This document shows, piece after piece, positions 50,165 through 59,702 of a stretch of 64,000 bases of DNA; the stretch's first letter is position 1; every line of letters starts with the position of its first letter. Both the position numbers and the translations under genes were made by a program. The notes beneath the pieces were generated by a model, which saw nothing but the letters and a program-made list of their open reading frames with translations, ran no database searches and had not been told where the DNA came from. Origin of the DNA: Gammaproteobacteria bacterium (GTDB lineage: Bacteria; Pseudomonadota; Gammaproteobacteria; Eutrophobiales; Eutrophobiaceae); contig CBDCTH010000012.1 of the NCBI GenBank assembly GCA_965222155.1, positions 2,912,001-2,976,000 of the forward strand. Reading direction: 5' to 3'.

Positions 50165-51832
50165 ATGCCGACTCTGGATTTCAAAGGGAAGCAGGTAGTT
50201 TACGCGCATCACCTGAGCGTGCCATACCGAACGCTGGACGTGGTGCGTAAAAAATCGTTTCTGCCGGAAGGCGGGGCGGCGGAAGACAACCTGCTTATAC
50301 ACGGCGATAACCTGCACGCGCTCAAGGCCCTGATGCCGCGCTATGCCGGACGGGTGCACTGCATCTATATTGATCCGCCTTACAACACCGGCAATGAAGG
50401 CTGGGTTTATAACGATAACGTCAACTCGGACCTGATGAAGCGCTGGCTGAAAGAAAACGGTGAGGTGGACCGGGAAGACCCGGAGCGTCACGATAAGTGG
50501 CTGTGCATGATGTGGACGCGTTTGCAACTGTTGCGCGAACTGCTGGCCGAAGACGGCGTGATTTTTATTTCCATCGACGACAATGAACAGCATCGTTTGC
50601 GCATACTGATGGATGAAATTTTCGGGGAAGAGAATTTTGTCACTAACGTTATCTGGCAGAAGAAATACAGCCCGGCAAATGATGCAAAGTATTTTTCCGA
50701 TAATCACGACTTCGTGGTTTGCTATGCGAAGAACAAGTCGAATAACGGCGACGACAGTGACAAAACTGTCACTTGGCAACGCAATCTCCTGCCCCGCACC
50801 AAAAAACAGGACAAGCTCTATAAATATGATGACAAGGATGGGAGAGGCCCTTGGCAATCTGGTGATTTGAGCGTCAAAACCTATTCGTCTGAATACGATT
50901 ACTCATTCGTGAATCCCAATACCGGGCAAAAATATAACCCACCGGAAGGAAGGTGCTGGGTAACAAGTAAGGAGCAAATGCAGATATGGGTAGACGAGAA
51001 CAGGATTTTCTTTCCGCCGGGAGGTAGAAGCGTTCCAAGAATAAAACGTTATTTGAGAGAGGTTCAACAGGGGATCGTCCCCCTGACCATCTGGCCCTAT
51101 GACGAGGTGGGACATACGGATGGCGCCCGCAAGCTCCTGAAAGAGATCTTCAGCGACCAGCAGTTACCCTTTGATAACCCCAAGGCACTGGGATTGTTAC
51201 AGAGAATATTCACCATCGCGGCGGACAAGGACGCCATCATCCTTGACTCCTTCGCCGGTTCCGGCACCACGGCCCACGCCGTTCTGGCACTCAACAAAGA
51301 AGACAGCGGCAACCGCAAATTCATCCTGGTGGAATGCGAGGATTATGTGGACAGTATCACCGCAGAGCGCGTACGTCGCGTGATAAAAGGCGTCCCGAAA
51401 GCAAAGGATGAGAACCTGAAAAACGGGCTGGGCGGCAGCTTCGCCTTCTGTACCCTGGGCGAAGAACTCAACGTCGAAAACCTCATCACGGGGAAAACCA
51501 TACCGGATTATGACGCACTGGCGCGCCACGTCACCTATACCGCTACGGGTGTGACCCTGGAGAAAATCAAGGCCGGCAAGGATTATTGCTTCGGTGAGAC
51601 CGAAGAATACCGCCTGCATATGATTTACCGACCGGACATGGATTTTCTGCGTTCTGCCGAATCCGCCCTGACCCTGGACCTGGCGGAACGTATCGGCAAG
51701 GCGGCACAGCAAAAAGGCAAGACCGCGCTCGTTTTTGCACCGTGGAAATTCGTTTCGCAAAAAGACCTGAGCAAACAGAAGGTGACCTTCTGTCAGTTGC
51801 CTTATGCCATTCATCGCCTTTTTGGGGACTGA
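50165..51832 (+). CDS. Type III R-M-like beta-class DNA methyltransferase (Mod)
   Basis: HGDNL.ALK, IYIDPPYNTG, FISIDDNE, PK...L..I, LDSFAGSGTT. Confidence 0.93.
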   Translation: MPTLDFKGKQVVYAHHLSVPYRTLDVVRKKSFLPEGGAAEDNLLIHGDNLHALKALMPRYAGRVHCIYIDPPYNTGNEGWVYNDNVNSDLMKRWLKENGEVDREDPERHDKWLCMMWTRLQLLRELLAEDGVIFISIDDNEQHRLRILMDEIFGEENFVTNVIWQKKYSPANDAKYFSDNHDFVVCYAKNKSNNGDDSDKTVTWQRNLLPRTKKQDKLYKYDDKDGRGPWQSGDLSVKTYSSEYDYSFVNPNTGQKYNPPEGRCWVTSKEQMQIWVDENRIFFPPGGRSVPRIKRYLREVQQGIVPLTIWPYDEVGHTDGARKLLKEIFSDQQLPFDNPKALGLLQRIFTIAADKDAIILDSFAGSGTTAHAVLALNKEDSGNRKFILVECEDYVDSITAERVRRVIKGVPKAKDENLKNGLGGSFAFCTLGEELNVENLITGKTIPDYDALARHVTYTATGVTLEKIKAGKDYCFGETEEYRLHMIYRPDMDFLRSAESALTLDLAERIGKAAQQKGKTALVFAPWKFVSQKDLSKQKVTFCQLPYAIHRLFGD

Positions 51833-51835
51833 GCG

Positions 51836-54454
51836 ATGCGCCCCAAGGAATTTCAGGAACAGGCCCTCGAAGTATTTGAGAATTGCCTTTCCGAAATGAA
51901 AAAGCAAAAGGATGAAGTAAAAAAACGCATAACGGCCTTGGAGCAAGCCAGCCTGTCTGTTGGCGAGAGCGACCGGGATTATTTCGCAAAAACCTGGGAG
52001 GAGCTGGGGCGGCGCGGCCTTCTACCCCACGTCAAGGGACAGGACGGCGCCTTGTCGTTACCTCCTTACGTCAGACGGCAAGACAGTCATGGCCGGACGA
52101 TACCCCATATCTGCATGAAGTTGCCGACCGGCGGCGGCAAGACACTGCTGGGAGCGGCTGCCCTGGAACGAATGAAACCGGCGGCCGGACTGGTGCTCTG
52201 GATTACGCCGTCACGTGCTATTTTTCGACAAACCTGGCGCGCCTTTGCGCAGCGCTTGCATCCTTATCGTCAATACCTCGAACGCGCCTGTGGCGGGCGG
52301 GTAAAACTGTTGAAGAAGACCGACGCGTTCTCACTTGCCGACGTGGAAAATTTCCTGTGCGTGATGCCGATCATGTTGCAGGCAGCCGACCGGGAAGATC
52401 GGAATTTCCTTAAAATTTTTCGAGATAGCGGGCACTACCCTTCTTTTTTTCCCGAGCCGGACGATAAGCCCGCGAATGACAAATTACTTGAAGAGTATCC
52501 TAACCTGGAAACCGCAGATGTTACTGGTGACGAGACGGGGCCTGACCTCGCATGGGGTAAGCAGGGACCGGTCAAGCACAGCCTGTTCAACGTACTCAAA
52601 ACAGCCCGCCCCATTATCGTTCTGGATGAGGCGCACAATGCCTATACCAGGAAACGACGTTTGCGCCTCAGTGAGTTCAACCCGCGTTTTATCCTGGAAC
52701 TCTCCGCGACACCGGAAACCGGCGTCAGCAACATCCTGGTAGACGTTCCCGGGGCGGCGTTGAAGCGCGAGGAGATGATCAAGTTACCGTTGAATATACA
52801 CAATTTCGAAAATGCCGATTGGAAATATACGCTTTCCAAGGCCAAAGAGCGGCTGGACCACCTGGAGCAGGAAGCGCGCAATTTGCGCGGGGAAAGCGGC
52901 CGTTACATCCGTCCGATTATGCTGATTCGCGTGGAACGCGTCGGCCGCGATCAGCGCGACGGCCAACATGTTCATGCCGAAGACGTGCGCGATTACCTGA
53001 TGGCACAACTGCGGGTGCCGGAAGACTATATTCGACGAAAAACCGCGGAAAAAGACGAAATTGCCGATGAGGATCTGCTTTCGCCTTATTCCACCGTCCG
53101 TTATATTTTGACAAAAGACGCGTTGCGCGAAGGCTGGGATTGTCCTTTTGCTTACGTGCTGACGTTACTCGATTCCACCAGCACGACCCGGGCGTTGACG
53201 CAAATGACCGGGCGGGTCCTGCGACAACCCGATACGGAACTGACCGGACGGACGAAACTTGATGAGTCGTACATCTACTGTTTTGATCGCAACGTCGGGG
53301 AGGCAATAGTAAACGTCAAGCGCGGACTGGAACAGGAAGGCATGGGTGACCTGGGTGAATTTATCCGCAGTGGACCGGAGGACGGGAAAAATGGCAGCGG
53401 GGGTAAGCTGATTACTGCCCAAAGGCGAGAGCGGTTCCGCGATATGCAAGTCTTTCTGCCGCAGGTACTGCATCGTGCTGGTAGACGTTATCGTTTATTA
53501 GACTATGAAAACGACGTTCTTGGTGGGGTTGACTGGGGCGCGATTGCTACGGCCCCCCTGGATATGGATTATGCTGCAATGGACGAAATTCGGGAAATTA
53601 CCACCCTCGTGGACTTGCCGGGTTTCGACTACGATACCGACGAAGAAAAGCTGGAAGTGGAAAAACAGCTCACTGCTGAATTTTTCAGCCGCCGTATTTA
53701 TGAAACCCTGCCTAATCCGTTCCTGGCAGCACAAGTAGTGGAGAGGATGCTGAATACGCTTCGTCAGCAATATACAGACGACGATATCTTTGACCGCCGT
53801 TACCACCTCTCCGAAATACTGAAACGGCGATTGGCCCAACTCGTCGAGCACGAGGCGCAGGCCATATTTCATCGCAAGTTGCAGCACCACGACATCCGTT
53901 TTGAATTGACCGCCGATGAAGACGGGTTCGAGTTCGTACAGGAATTAGACAAGATAGTGGAAGAAAACCAACTGCAACTCTTCGGTCAATACGCTGAGCC
54001 ACTACAGAAATCTTTGTATGAAAAGGTGTATGCCAGGGAGTTCAACGGTTTGGAAAAAGACTTCGCCATCTACCTGGATGGTTATAGCGCCGTTACCTGG
54101 TGGCATCGCTTTGCCGCCCGACAGGATTATGGTCTCCAGGGTTGGAAACGCAATCGCGTGTATCCCGACTTTGTCGTTTGCGTGGGACGAGGTACTGGTA
54201 ACGGCAATACCCGCCGCGTCCTGGTAATCGAGACAAAGGGCCTGCAATTGGCCGGCAATGCTGATACCGAGTACAAGAAAAAACTATTTGAAGTATTGGA
54301 AACGGCAGAACCACGCATGGTTGAATACGGCGCCATGAAGCTCTCTAAAAGTAAGCGACGAGCGCATCGCATGTCTTTGAATATGCTGTTTCAGGACAAT
54401 TACCGGGAGGAATTCGAGCGCTTAAACAGGACTACCGCGTCGATTACTGAATAG
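51836..54454 (+). CDS. Type III R-M-like restriction subunit (SF2 helicase + nuclease)
   Basis: PTGGGKT, DEAH, LSATP, LREGWDCP, QMTGRVLRQP, C-terminal YPDF...IETKG. Confidence 0.9.
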   Translation: MRPKEFQEQALEVFENCLSEMKKQKDEVKKRITALEQASLSVGESDRDYFAKTWEELGRRGLLPHVKGQDGALSLPPYVRRQDSHGRTIPHICMKLPTGGGKTLLGAAALERMKPAAGLVLWITPSRAIFRQTWRAFAQRLHPYRQYLERACGGRVKLLKKTDAFSLADVENFLCVMPIMLQAADREDRNFLKIFRDSGHYPSFFPEPDDKPANDKLLEEYPNLETADVTGDETGPDLAWGKQGPVKHSLFNVLKTARPIIVLDEAHNAYTRKRRLRLSEFNPRFILELSATPETGVSNILVDVPGAALKREEMIKLPLNIHNFENADWKYTLSKAKERLDHLEQEARNLRGESGRYIRPIMLIRVERVGRDQRDGQHVHAEDVRDYLMAQLRVPEDYIRRKTAEKDEIADEDLLSPYSTVRYILTKDALREGWDCPFAYVLTLLDSTSTTRALTQMTGRVLRQPDTELTGRTKLDESYIYCFDRNVGEAIVNVKRGLEQEGMGDLGEFIRSGPEDGKNGSGGKLITAQRRERFRDMQVFLPQVLHRAGRRYRLLDYENDVLGGVDWGAIATAPLDMDYAAMDEIREITTLVDLPGFDYDTDEEKLEVEKQLTAEFFSRRIYETLPNPFLAAQVVERMLNTLRQQYTDDDIFDRRYHLSEILKRRLAQLVEHEAQAIFHRKLQHHDIRFELTADEDGFEFVQELDKIVEENQLQLFGQYAEPLQKSLYEKVYAREFNGLEKDFAIYLDGYSAVTWWHRFAARQDYGLQGWKRNRVYPDFVVCVGRGTGNGNTRRVLVIETKGLQLAGNADTEYKKKLFEVLETAEPRMVEYGAMKLSKSKRRAHRMSLNMLFQDNYREEFERLNRTTASITE

Positions 54455-56492
54455 CAGTTGTAGCCGTTGCCTGCTGCATCCCGCAGTCGTCAGCCAGAAA
54501 ATCCAGCAGCGTGCTGTAGAAATCCAGGTAGTGCCGGTAACTCAGGGTGTCGACCGTATGTGCGGCATCCACCAGCTTCAGATATTTATACGGCTTACTC
54601 CGTTTTTCCAGCTCCCGCGCAAACAGGTCGCTGTGCTTGATCGGCACGATCAGGTCGCGGTCGCCATGCACGAGCAACACGGGGATATTGACGGCATCCA
54701 TATTGCGGATAGGGGATAGTCCGCCTCGCCATTTCTGGATGACGTCGCGGAACCGGTAACGCCATACGTCTTTCGCGATCAACTCCATGCTGCTCACCCC
54801 GGCGCCCGGGACAGCACAGCGATAAAGATTGGGTTCACGCATGGAACCCACCATTGCGGAGTAACCGCCGTAGCTCCAGCCGAAGATCGCCATCCTGTCC
54901 GGGTCGGCAATGCCCTGCTGCACCAGGTAACGCATGCCGTCATCCACGTCATCCTGCATCTTGTAGCCCCATTGTTTATTCCCGGCGCTGTAATACTCGT
55001 ACCCGAACCCGGTGGAGCCGCGGTAATTGGGTTGCAGCACGGCATAACCGCGGGTCGCCAGCAGTTGTGGCCACTCATCCCAGAAAGACGAATTCCAGTG
55101 CAGTGAATCACGGCTGCGCGGACCGCCGTGAGGATGGGCAATGGCCGGATACGGCGGTTCCCCGCTGGTTGGCAATGTCAGCACCGCGTTGATCTTCATA
55201 CCGTCATGGGCCTCGTACCAGATGACCTTACGTTCTCCCAGTTGATCAGGTTCGATAGCAGATGCCCTGCCCAGGAGTTGTATACTCTGGCGGTCCCGCA
55301 ACAGGTAGTAACGGCCCGGTTCCTTCGGCCCCATGGTGTGGATGATGATGTACTTGTCCTGTGCCGCGCGGTCGTGGATCTTATTGAAGTTGCCCTGGGG
55401 CAGGACCGCGTCGATTGATTGCTGCAGGGCTGCGGCAGCCTCGTCAATAAAATGGATACGGGAGGAGTCGCCCACGTAGTAGAATCCCACCAGTTGCGGG
55501 TCATCATCGCCGTCCACACATTCCTGCGAGATACATGCGGTAACAACATCTCTTGCATCATAGCGATTGGTGGCGAACAGTAATTCCGGCTCCGCCGCCG
55601 GGTGTAACATGTCGAACAGGTAGATCCCTTGCGTGTCGCGCTCCCTGGCCCAGCGAACATACGCCTTGTTATAGTCCGGCGGTTCAAATTCCAGGATTTC
55701 CACATAGCGATCCTCATCAACGTCCCAGGTCAGCCAGTCCGTCCAGTCGCTCCAGTCGTCTCCCCGCCGGGTCCGGAACTGCAGGGTAATCGTGTTATCG
55801 TTACGGTTGGCGCGGCTGCGCACCCGTGCGTACCCGTCCTTGTCGAACTCGTAGCCGAAGTAGTCTGCCGAGAACTTGAAAACCGGCCGCGGCTGACCGT
55901 TGTTCACATTGACCTTGAACACCTCGGTGCCGTTTTCCTCGGCATTGAACCATTCGATCAACACCCAGTCCTCTTGTGCAGGCAGGCGCGAGACGACCCT
56001 GGGACTGAACAACCGTTGTACGAAGGTCTCGAACGCAAAGCGCGTGATATTCGATTTGCTCGGCAACTCGACCCAGGCACCCCCGTCAATCCCCACGGAC
56101 AGCAGTTTCCAGGCATAGGTCTTTACTTTTCCGGGCCCGCCGATGCCCGCCGAATTGTAGCCAATGCGCCGCCCCGGCACCTCCACCGGTTGCCGCGTAC
56201 GGATCAGCACGCGTTTGTCATTGGCCCAGTTGACCCCGACGATGTCCATATGTTCCGACCCCAGCGTGTGGGGGTCCCTGTCCATATGTCCGGTTTCATA
56301 CACATCCACTACATAGTTCAAGCCGCGTCCGGCCAAACGCATGACTGCCAGGTGTTCACCTGACGGAGACAGGTCAACGTCACGCACGATGGGCCGCATG
56401 GCAAACTTTTCAAGGCTGGGCATCTCGTTCGCGGCGACGCTTACCACGAGCAGGGACGGGATTATAGAAAGGAGAACGGTTAGTTTTTTCAT
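54444..56492 (-). CDS. Exported S9 (prolyl oligopeptidase-family) peptidase
   Basis: Signal peptide, PHGGP, QPNYRGSTGFG, GWSYGGY, HGDRD, catalytic His in DAAH. Confidence 0.92.
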   Translation of the reverse strand: MKKLTVLLSIIPSLLVVSVAANEMPSLEKFAMRPIVRDVDLSPSGEHLAVMRLAGRGLNYVVDVYETGHMDRDPHTLGSEHMDIVGVNWANDKRVLIRTRQPVEVPGRRIGYNSAGIGGPGKVKTYAWKLLSVGIDGGAWVELPSKSNITRFAFETFVQRLFSPRVVSRLPAQEDWVLIEWFNAEENGTEVFKVNVNNGQPRPVFKFSADYFGYEFDKDGYARVRSRANRNDNTITLQFRTRRGDDWSDWTDWLTWDVDEDRYVEILEFEPPDYNKAYVRWARERDTQGIYLFDMLHPAAEPELLFATNRYDARDVVTACISQECVDGDDDPQLVGFYYVGDSSRIHFIDEAAAALQQSIDAVLPQGNFNKIHDRAAQDKYIIIHTMGPKEPGRYYLLRDRQSIQLLGRASAIEPDQLGERKVIWYEAHDGMKINAVLTLPTSGEPPYPAIAHPHGGPRSRDSLHWNSSFWDEWPQLLATRGYAVLQPNYRGSTGFGYEYYSAGNKQWGYKMQDDVDDGMRYLVQQGIADPDRMAIFGWSYGGYSAMVGSMREPNLYRCAVPGAGVSSMELIAKDVWRYRFRDVIQKWRGGLSPIRNMDAVNIPVLLVHGDRDLIVPIKHSDLFARELEKRSKPYKYLKLVDAAHTVDTLSYRHYLDFYSTLLDFLADDCGMQQATATTAIQ

Positions 56493-56547
56493 CAGCGCCG
56501 CCCTGGATTGTAGCGCGTTACCTTGAAAACAGATCTCCCCCTTTTTT

Positions 56548-59500
56548 TCAGAAAAAGGAGGATAGATCATAGCTGAAGGTAGCGAAAATTCTGCGATCCA
56601 GCAGACTGTAGCCTGCGCCCAGGGGAATATTGTAGTTGACGTTCGTGGCTACGGCTGGGCTGAAGCCCCCCCAGCCTACCACGGGCGGCGTTTCGTCGAA
56701 GACGTTGCGCACGCCGACGACCAGGAAGAAACGCCGCTTCGGGTCGCGATAGCGGATCGCCAGGTTGTGAAAGAATCTGTCTCCTGCATCAGCTATGTTC
56801 GTGACACTCTCGTCCTGGGGAAGCTCATAGATGGGTTCCTCATCGGTTGAGCCGATGTAGTCCGTCGTCCAGACAAAGGTAACATCGCGCCAGATAAAGC
56901 GCGCTTCCGACTCGCCACGCCAGCTTGCATAGGCATGCCGGCCGGCATAATTGGTCGGTTTCCCATCGCCCAGTCCATACTGGTAGGAGAGCAGACGCGC
57001 GGCCAGTATGTCCACGCTGAGGTCGCCGAAGGAGAATTCACGATCGGCGCGTACGGTGATGTCGTAACCCGTCGATTTCTCGACGGCGATGTTGATAAAG
57101 GATGAGTTGACGGCTTCGAGATGGCCGTCCGGCCGGCGTTCTCCGACCAGGCTGCACTCTTCGGCTGAAAAGTTCACTGAATTGTAACAGCGGGACAGGA
57201 TTGCACTGGCGCTGAGCCGGGAGATGGAATTCTTGAGATCGATATTATAGTAATCAAATGCCAGACTCAGGTCGAGGCCGAGGGCGGGAAAGCGGCCGGC
57301 CAGGTCCGGCGTTACGACAAATCCCAGGCTCCAGGAGTCCGAGGTTTCCGCCTCCAGGTCAGGGTTGCCGCCCCTGATCACCGGGATGCTCGACGTGGAG
57401 GTGAACTCGGGCGGAATAATCCCTTGCGCCTCTAGTGCTTCACAGTTCTTATACGCGTTGCTGCCGGGTTCATTTTCGCTGGACGGATCGCGGAAATTAT
57501 CGCAGGGATCAGCCCTGGAAGTCACAAAGTCCCTCTGGTTGGCCAGGTTCAAATGGTACAGCGCCGGCGCTCGAAACGAGGTGCCGAGTGCCGAACGTAC
57601 CCGCAACACCGGGTTGACCGCGTAATTGAACAGCAGGCGCCAGGTTGAATCGCTACCGTAGGAACTGTAGTGGGTGTAACGGTAGGACCCGTTTACTGTG
57701 AGTTCTTCCGCCACGCTGACACCACCCACCTTGAAGCCCGAAAGCAACGGCACTTCCACCTCCGTATAACCCTCGATCACGCGGTCATCGCCCCTGGTGA
57801 TGCCGGCCGCAGAAAATCCCCACTGGTTATCGTCCACCGAAGCCTGGGGCGGACGGTCATCGAGGCTGCGGCTGCGCCAGTCCATGCCTAGCACGGCGCG
57901 CACTTCGCCGGCCGGCATATCAAACATCCGTCCCTCCAGGTAGAAACCCGCAGTCCAGAGATCGTAATCAGTCTTGAGCTTCACCTGTTCGCTGATATAG
58001 TCTGCCGCTTCCTGTGAGATGTCACCGTGGCGCAGGGTATCCTCGTTAAACAGGTCCAGGGGAATGCAGTTCGGGTCAGGGCCTTCAGCCAGGATACGAT
58101 CCGGCAGCGCGCCTTCAAAACTGGCCGCAAACAGAAGCTGGTCCGGGTCCAGCACACAGTGAAGCGTTCCATCAGCGTCGACTGCGGAGGACAAGGACCG
58201 CGCCACCTTGTCCTTCAGCCAGGTATCATAGGTCCACTCGCCGCGACTCAAGGAATAGCCGCCGTCAATCTTCCAGGTGAAGCCGCCCAGGTCCCCTTCA
58301 AGACCCAGTCGCAGCGCGGCGATATCGTTCTTCACTTCCCTGACCGGATCCAGCATGTTGTAGCTCATGACTGCCGGCTGGGCAATCCCCCCGAAAAAGC
58401 CGAATAGGTTGGTCGGGTTGCCGGGATGAACGAAAGGAAAGAATTGCCGGTGCCCGCCGTGATAACTCTGATCGCGATGGGTGTAGTAGAACTCATAGCT
58501 TGCGCTGACTGTGCCCAGCGTGTCGCCCAGGTCGAAATCCAGCAGGCCGTCACTGTAAACCTGGATACGCTGGCGCTCCGGGATCAATTGTTCCTCGCCC
58601 CAGTTGCGGTCGTCGCGGTAGCCCTCTTCTGCCACAATCCCGCCGTCAATTTCAGCAAATCTGCGCCAGGGAAGACCGGTGTTGAAAAAGTTGGCTTGTG
58701 GGTCGCGCACCAGGGTAAACGGAGCGCCTACACCATATACATCAACGAAACCGTGTACCTGGCCGAAACAGCGACCGTCGCGGGTGGGCGCATAACGTGA
58801 AGGGTGTACCCCGCCATTTGTCAACGGACGTTCCTCGCAGAAGCTGTAATCCTGTTCATCCCGTCCTACCGGTCCAAGCGTTGATAATTCAACCCCGACG
58901 TCAATATAACCGCGGTCCCAGGTCTTGCCGTAGAGACCGCTTACGGAACCGTAATCGAGTTCATCCTGGTAGTAACCTTCAAGGATGAAGTCATCGAAGC
59001 GTTTCTTGGTAATGATGTTCACCACCCCGGCGATAGCGTCGGCGCCATAGATGGAAGAGGCGCCGTCCTTCAATATTTCGATACGGTCTATCGCGACGTC
59101 CGGAATCGAGTTCAGATCGATGCTGTTGACCTGGCCGCGGGTGCCCGCCGGGGTAAACCGCCGGCCGTTTACCAGTATCAGGGTGCGGCCCGGGTCCAGG
59201 CTGCGCAGGCCGAAGGTATTGACGCCGGGGCCGCCCGACACCACGAAACCGCCGAAACTGTTGTCGACCTGGGCACCGGAGGCCAGGGCGCTTGATTGCA
59301 GGAGCTCCGATGTGTTGGCAAGTCCTGCCAGAATTGCACTCTCTTCGGTGATAACCGTCAGCGGCAGCGCGCTGGTAAAGGCATCGCGTCTTATGCGCGA
59401 ACCGGTGACGATGATCTCCTCCGTTTCCTCCTGTTCAACAGCTTGCGCCATATCTTCTGCAGCCTCGGTATCCGCTTCCGGCTGGTTGCGGGCAGCGGTC

Positions 59501-59667
59501 TGCCCTGAGTCCTGCTGCGAGCCCTTCGCTTCTGTCTGCGGAGCCGGTTCCTGTTCAACTTCCCCGGGGACGGGCGGGTTATCTCCCGCTTGCGCGGCAA
59601 CCTGCCCGGCATGCCACGGCAATCCGAAACCAAGCACAGCCAGTACAATGAATAATCGTTGCAACAC
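56548..59667 (-). CDS. TonB-dependent receptor
   Basis: EEIIVTGSRI, RTLILVNGRR, RIEILKDGASSIYGADAIAGVVNIIT, C-terminal F. Confidence 0.95.
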   Translation of the reverse strand: MLQRLFIVLAVLGFGLPWHAGQVAAQAGDNPPVPGEVEQEPAPQTEAKGSQQDSGQTAARNQPEADTEAAEDMAQAVEQEETEEIIVTGSRIRRDAFTSALPLTVITEESAILAGLANTSELLQSSALASGAQVDNSFGGFVVSGGPGVNTFGLRSLDPGRTLILVNGRRFTPAGTRGQVNSIDLNSIPDVAIDRIEILKDGASSIYGADAIAGVVNIITKKRFDDFILEGYYQDELDYGSVSGLYGKTWDRGYIDVGVELSTLGPVGRDEQDYSFCEERPLTNGGVHPSRYAPTRDGRCFGQVHGFVDVYGVGAPFTLVRDPQANFFNTGLPWRRFAEIDGGIVAEEGYRDDRNWGEEQLIPERQRIQVYSDGLLDFDLGDTLGTVSASYEFYYTHRDQSYHGGHRQFFPFVHPGNPTNLFGFFGGIAQPAVMSYNMLDPVREVKNDIAALRLGLEGDLGGFTWKIDGGYSLSRGEWTYDTWLKDKVARSLSSAVDADGTLHCVLDPDQLLFAASFEGALPDRILAEGPDPNCIPLDLFNEDTLRHGDISQEAADYISEQVKLKTDYDLWTAGFYLEGRMFDMPAGEVRAVLGMDWRSRSLDDRPPQASVDDNQWGFSAAGITRGDDRVIEGYTEVEVPLLSGFKVGGVSVAEELTVNGSYRYTHYSSYGSDSTWRLLFNYAVNPVLRVRSALGTSFRAPALYHLNLANQRDFVTSRADPCDNFRDPSSENEPGSNAYKNCEALEAQGIIPPEFTSTSSIPVIRGGNPDLEAETSDSWSLGFVVTPDLAGRFPALGLDLSLAFDYYNIDLKNSISRLSASAILSRCYNSVNFSAEECSLVGERRPDGHLEAVNSSFINIAVEKSTGYDITVRADREFSFGDLSVDILAARLLSYQYGLGDGKPTNYAGRHAYASWRGESEARFIWRDVTFVWTTDYIGSTDEEPIYELPQDESVTNIADAGDRFFHNLAIRYRDPKRRFFLVVGVRNVFDETPPVVGWGGFSPAVATNVNYNIPLGAGYSLLDRRIFATFSYDLSSFF

Positions 59668-59702
59668 GGCTATTTCTCCCCTGTTGATTGCGCCGGAACT
59701 GT

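Noticed and set aside
50165-51832. Phase-variable simple sequence repeat in mod
   Set aside because: No repeat tract seen and the ORF is intact
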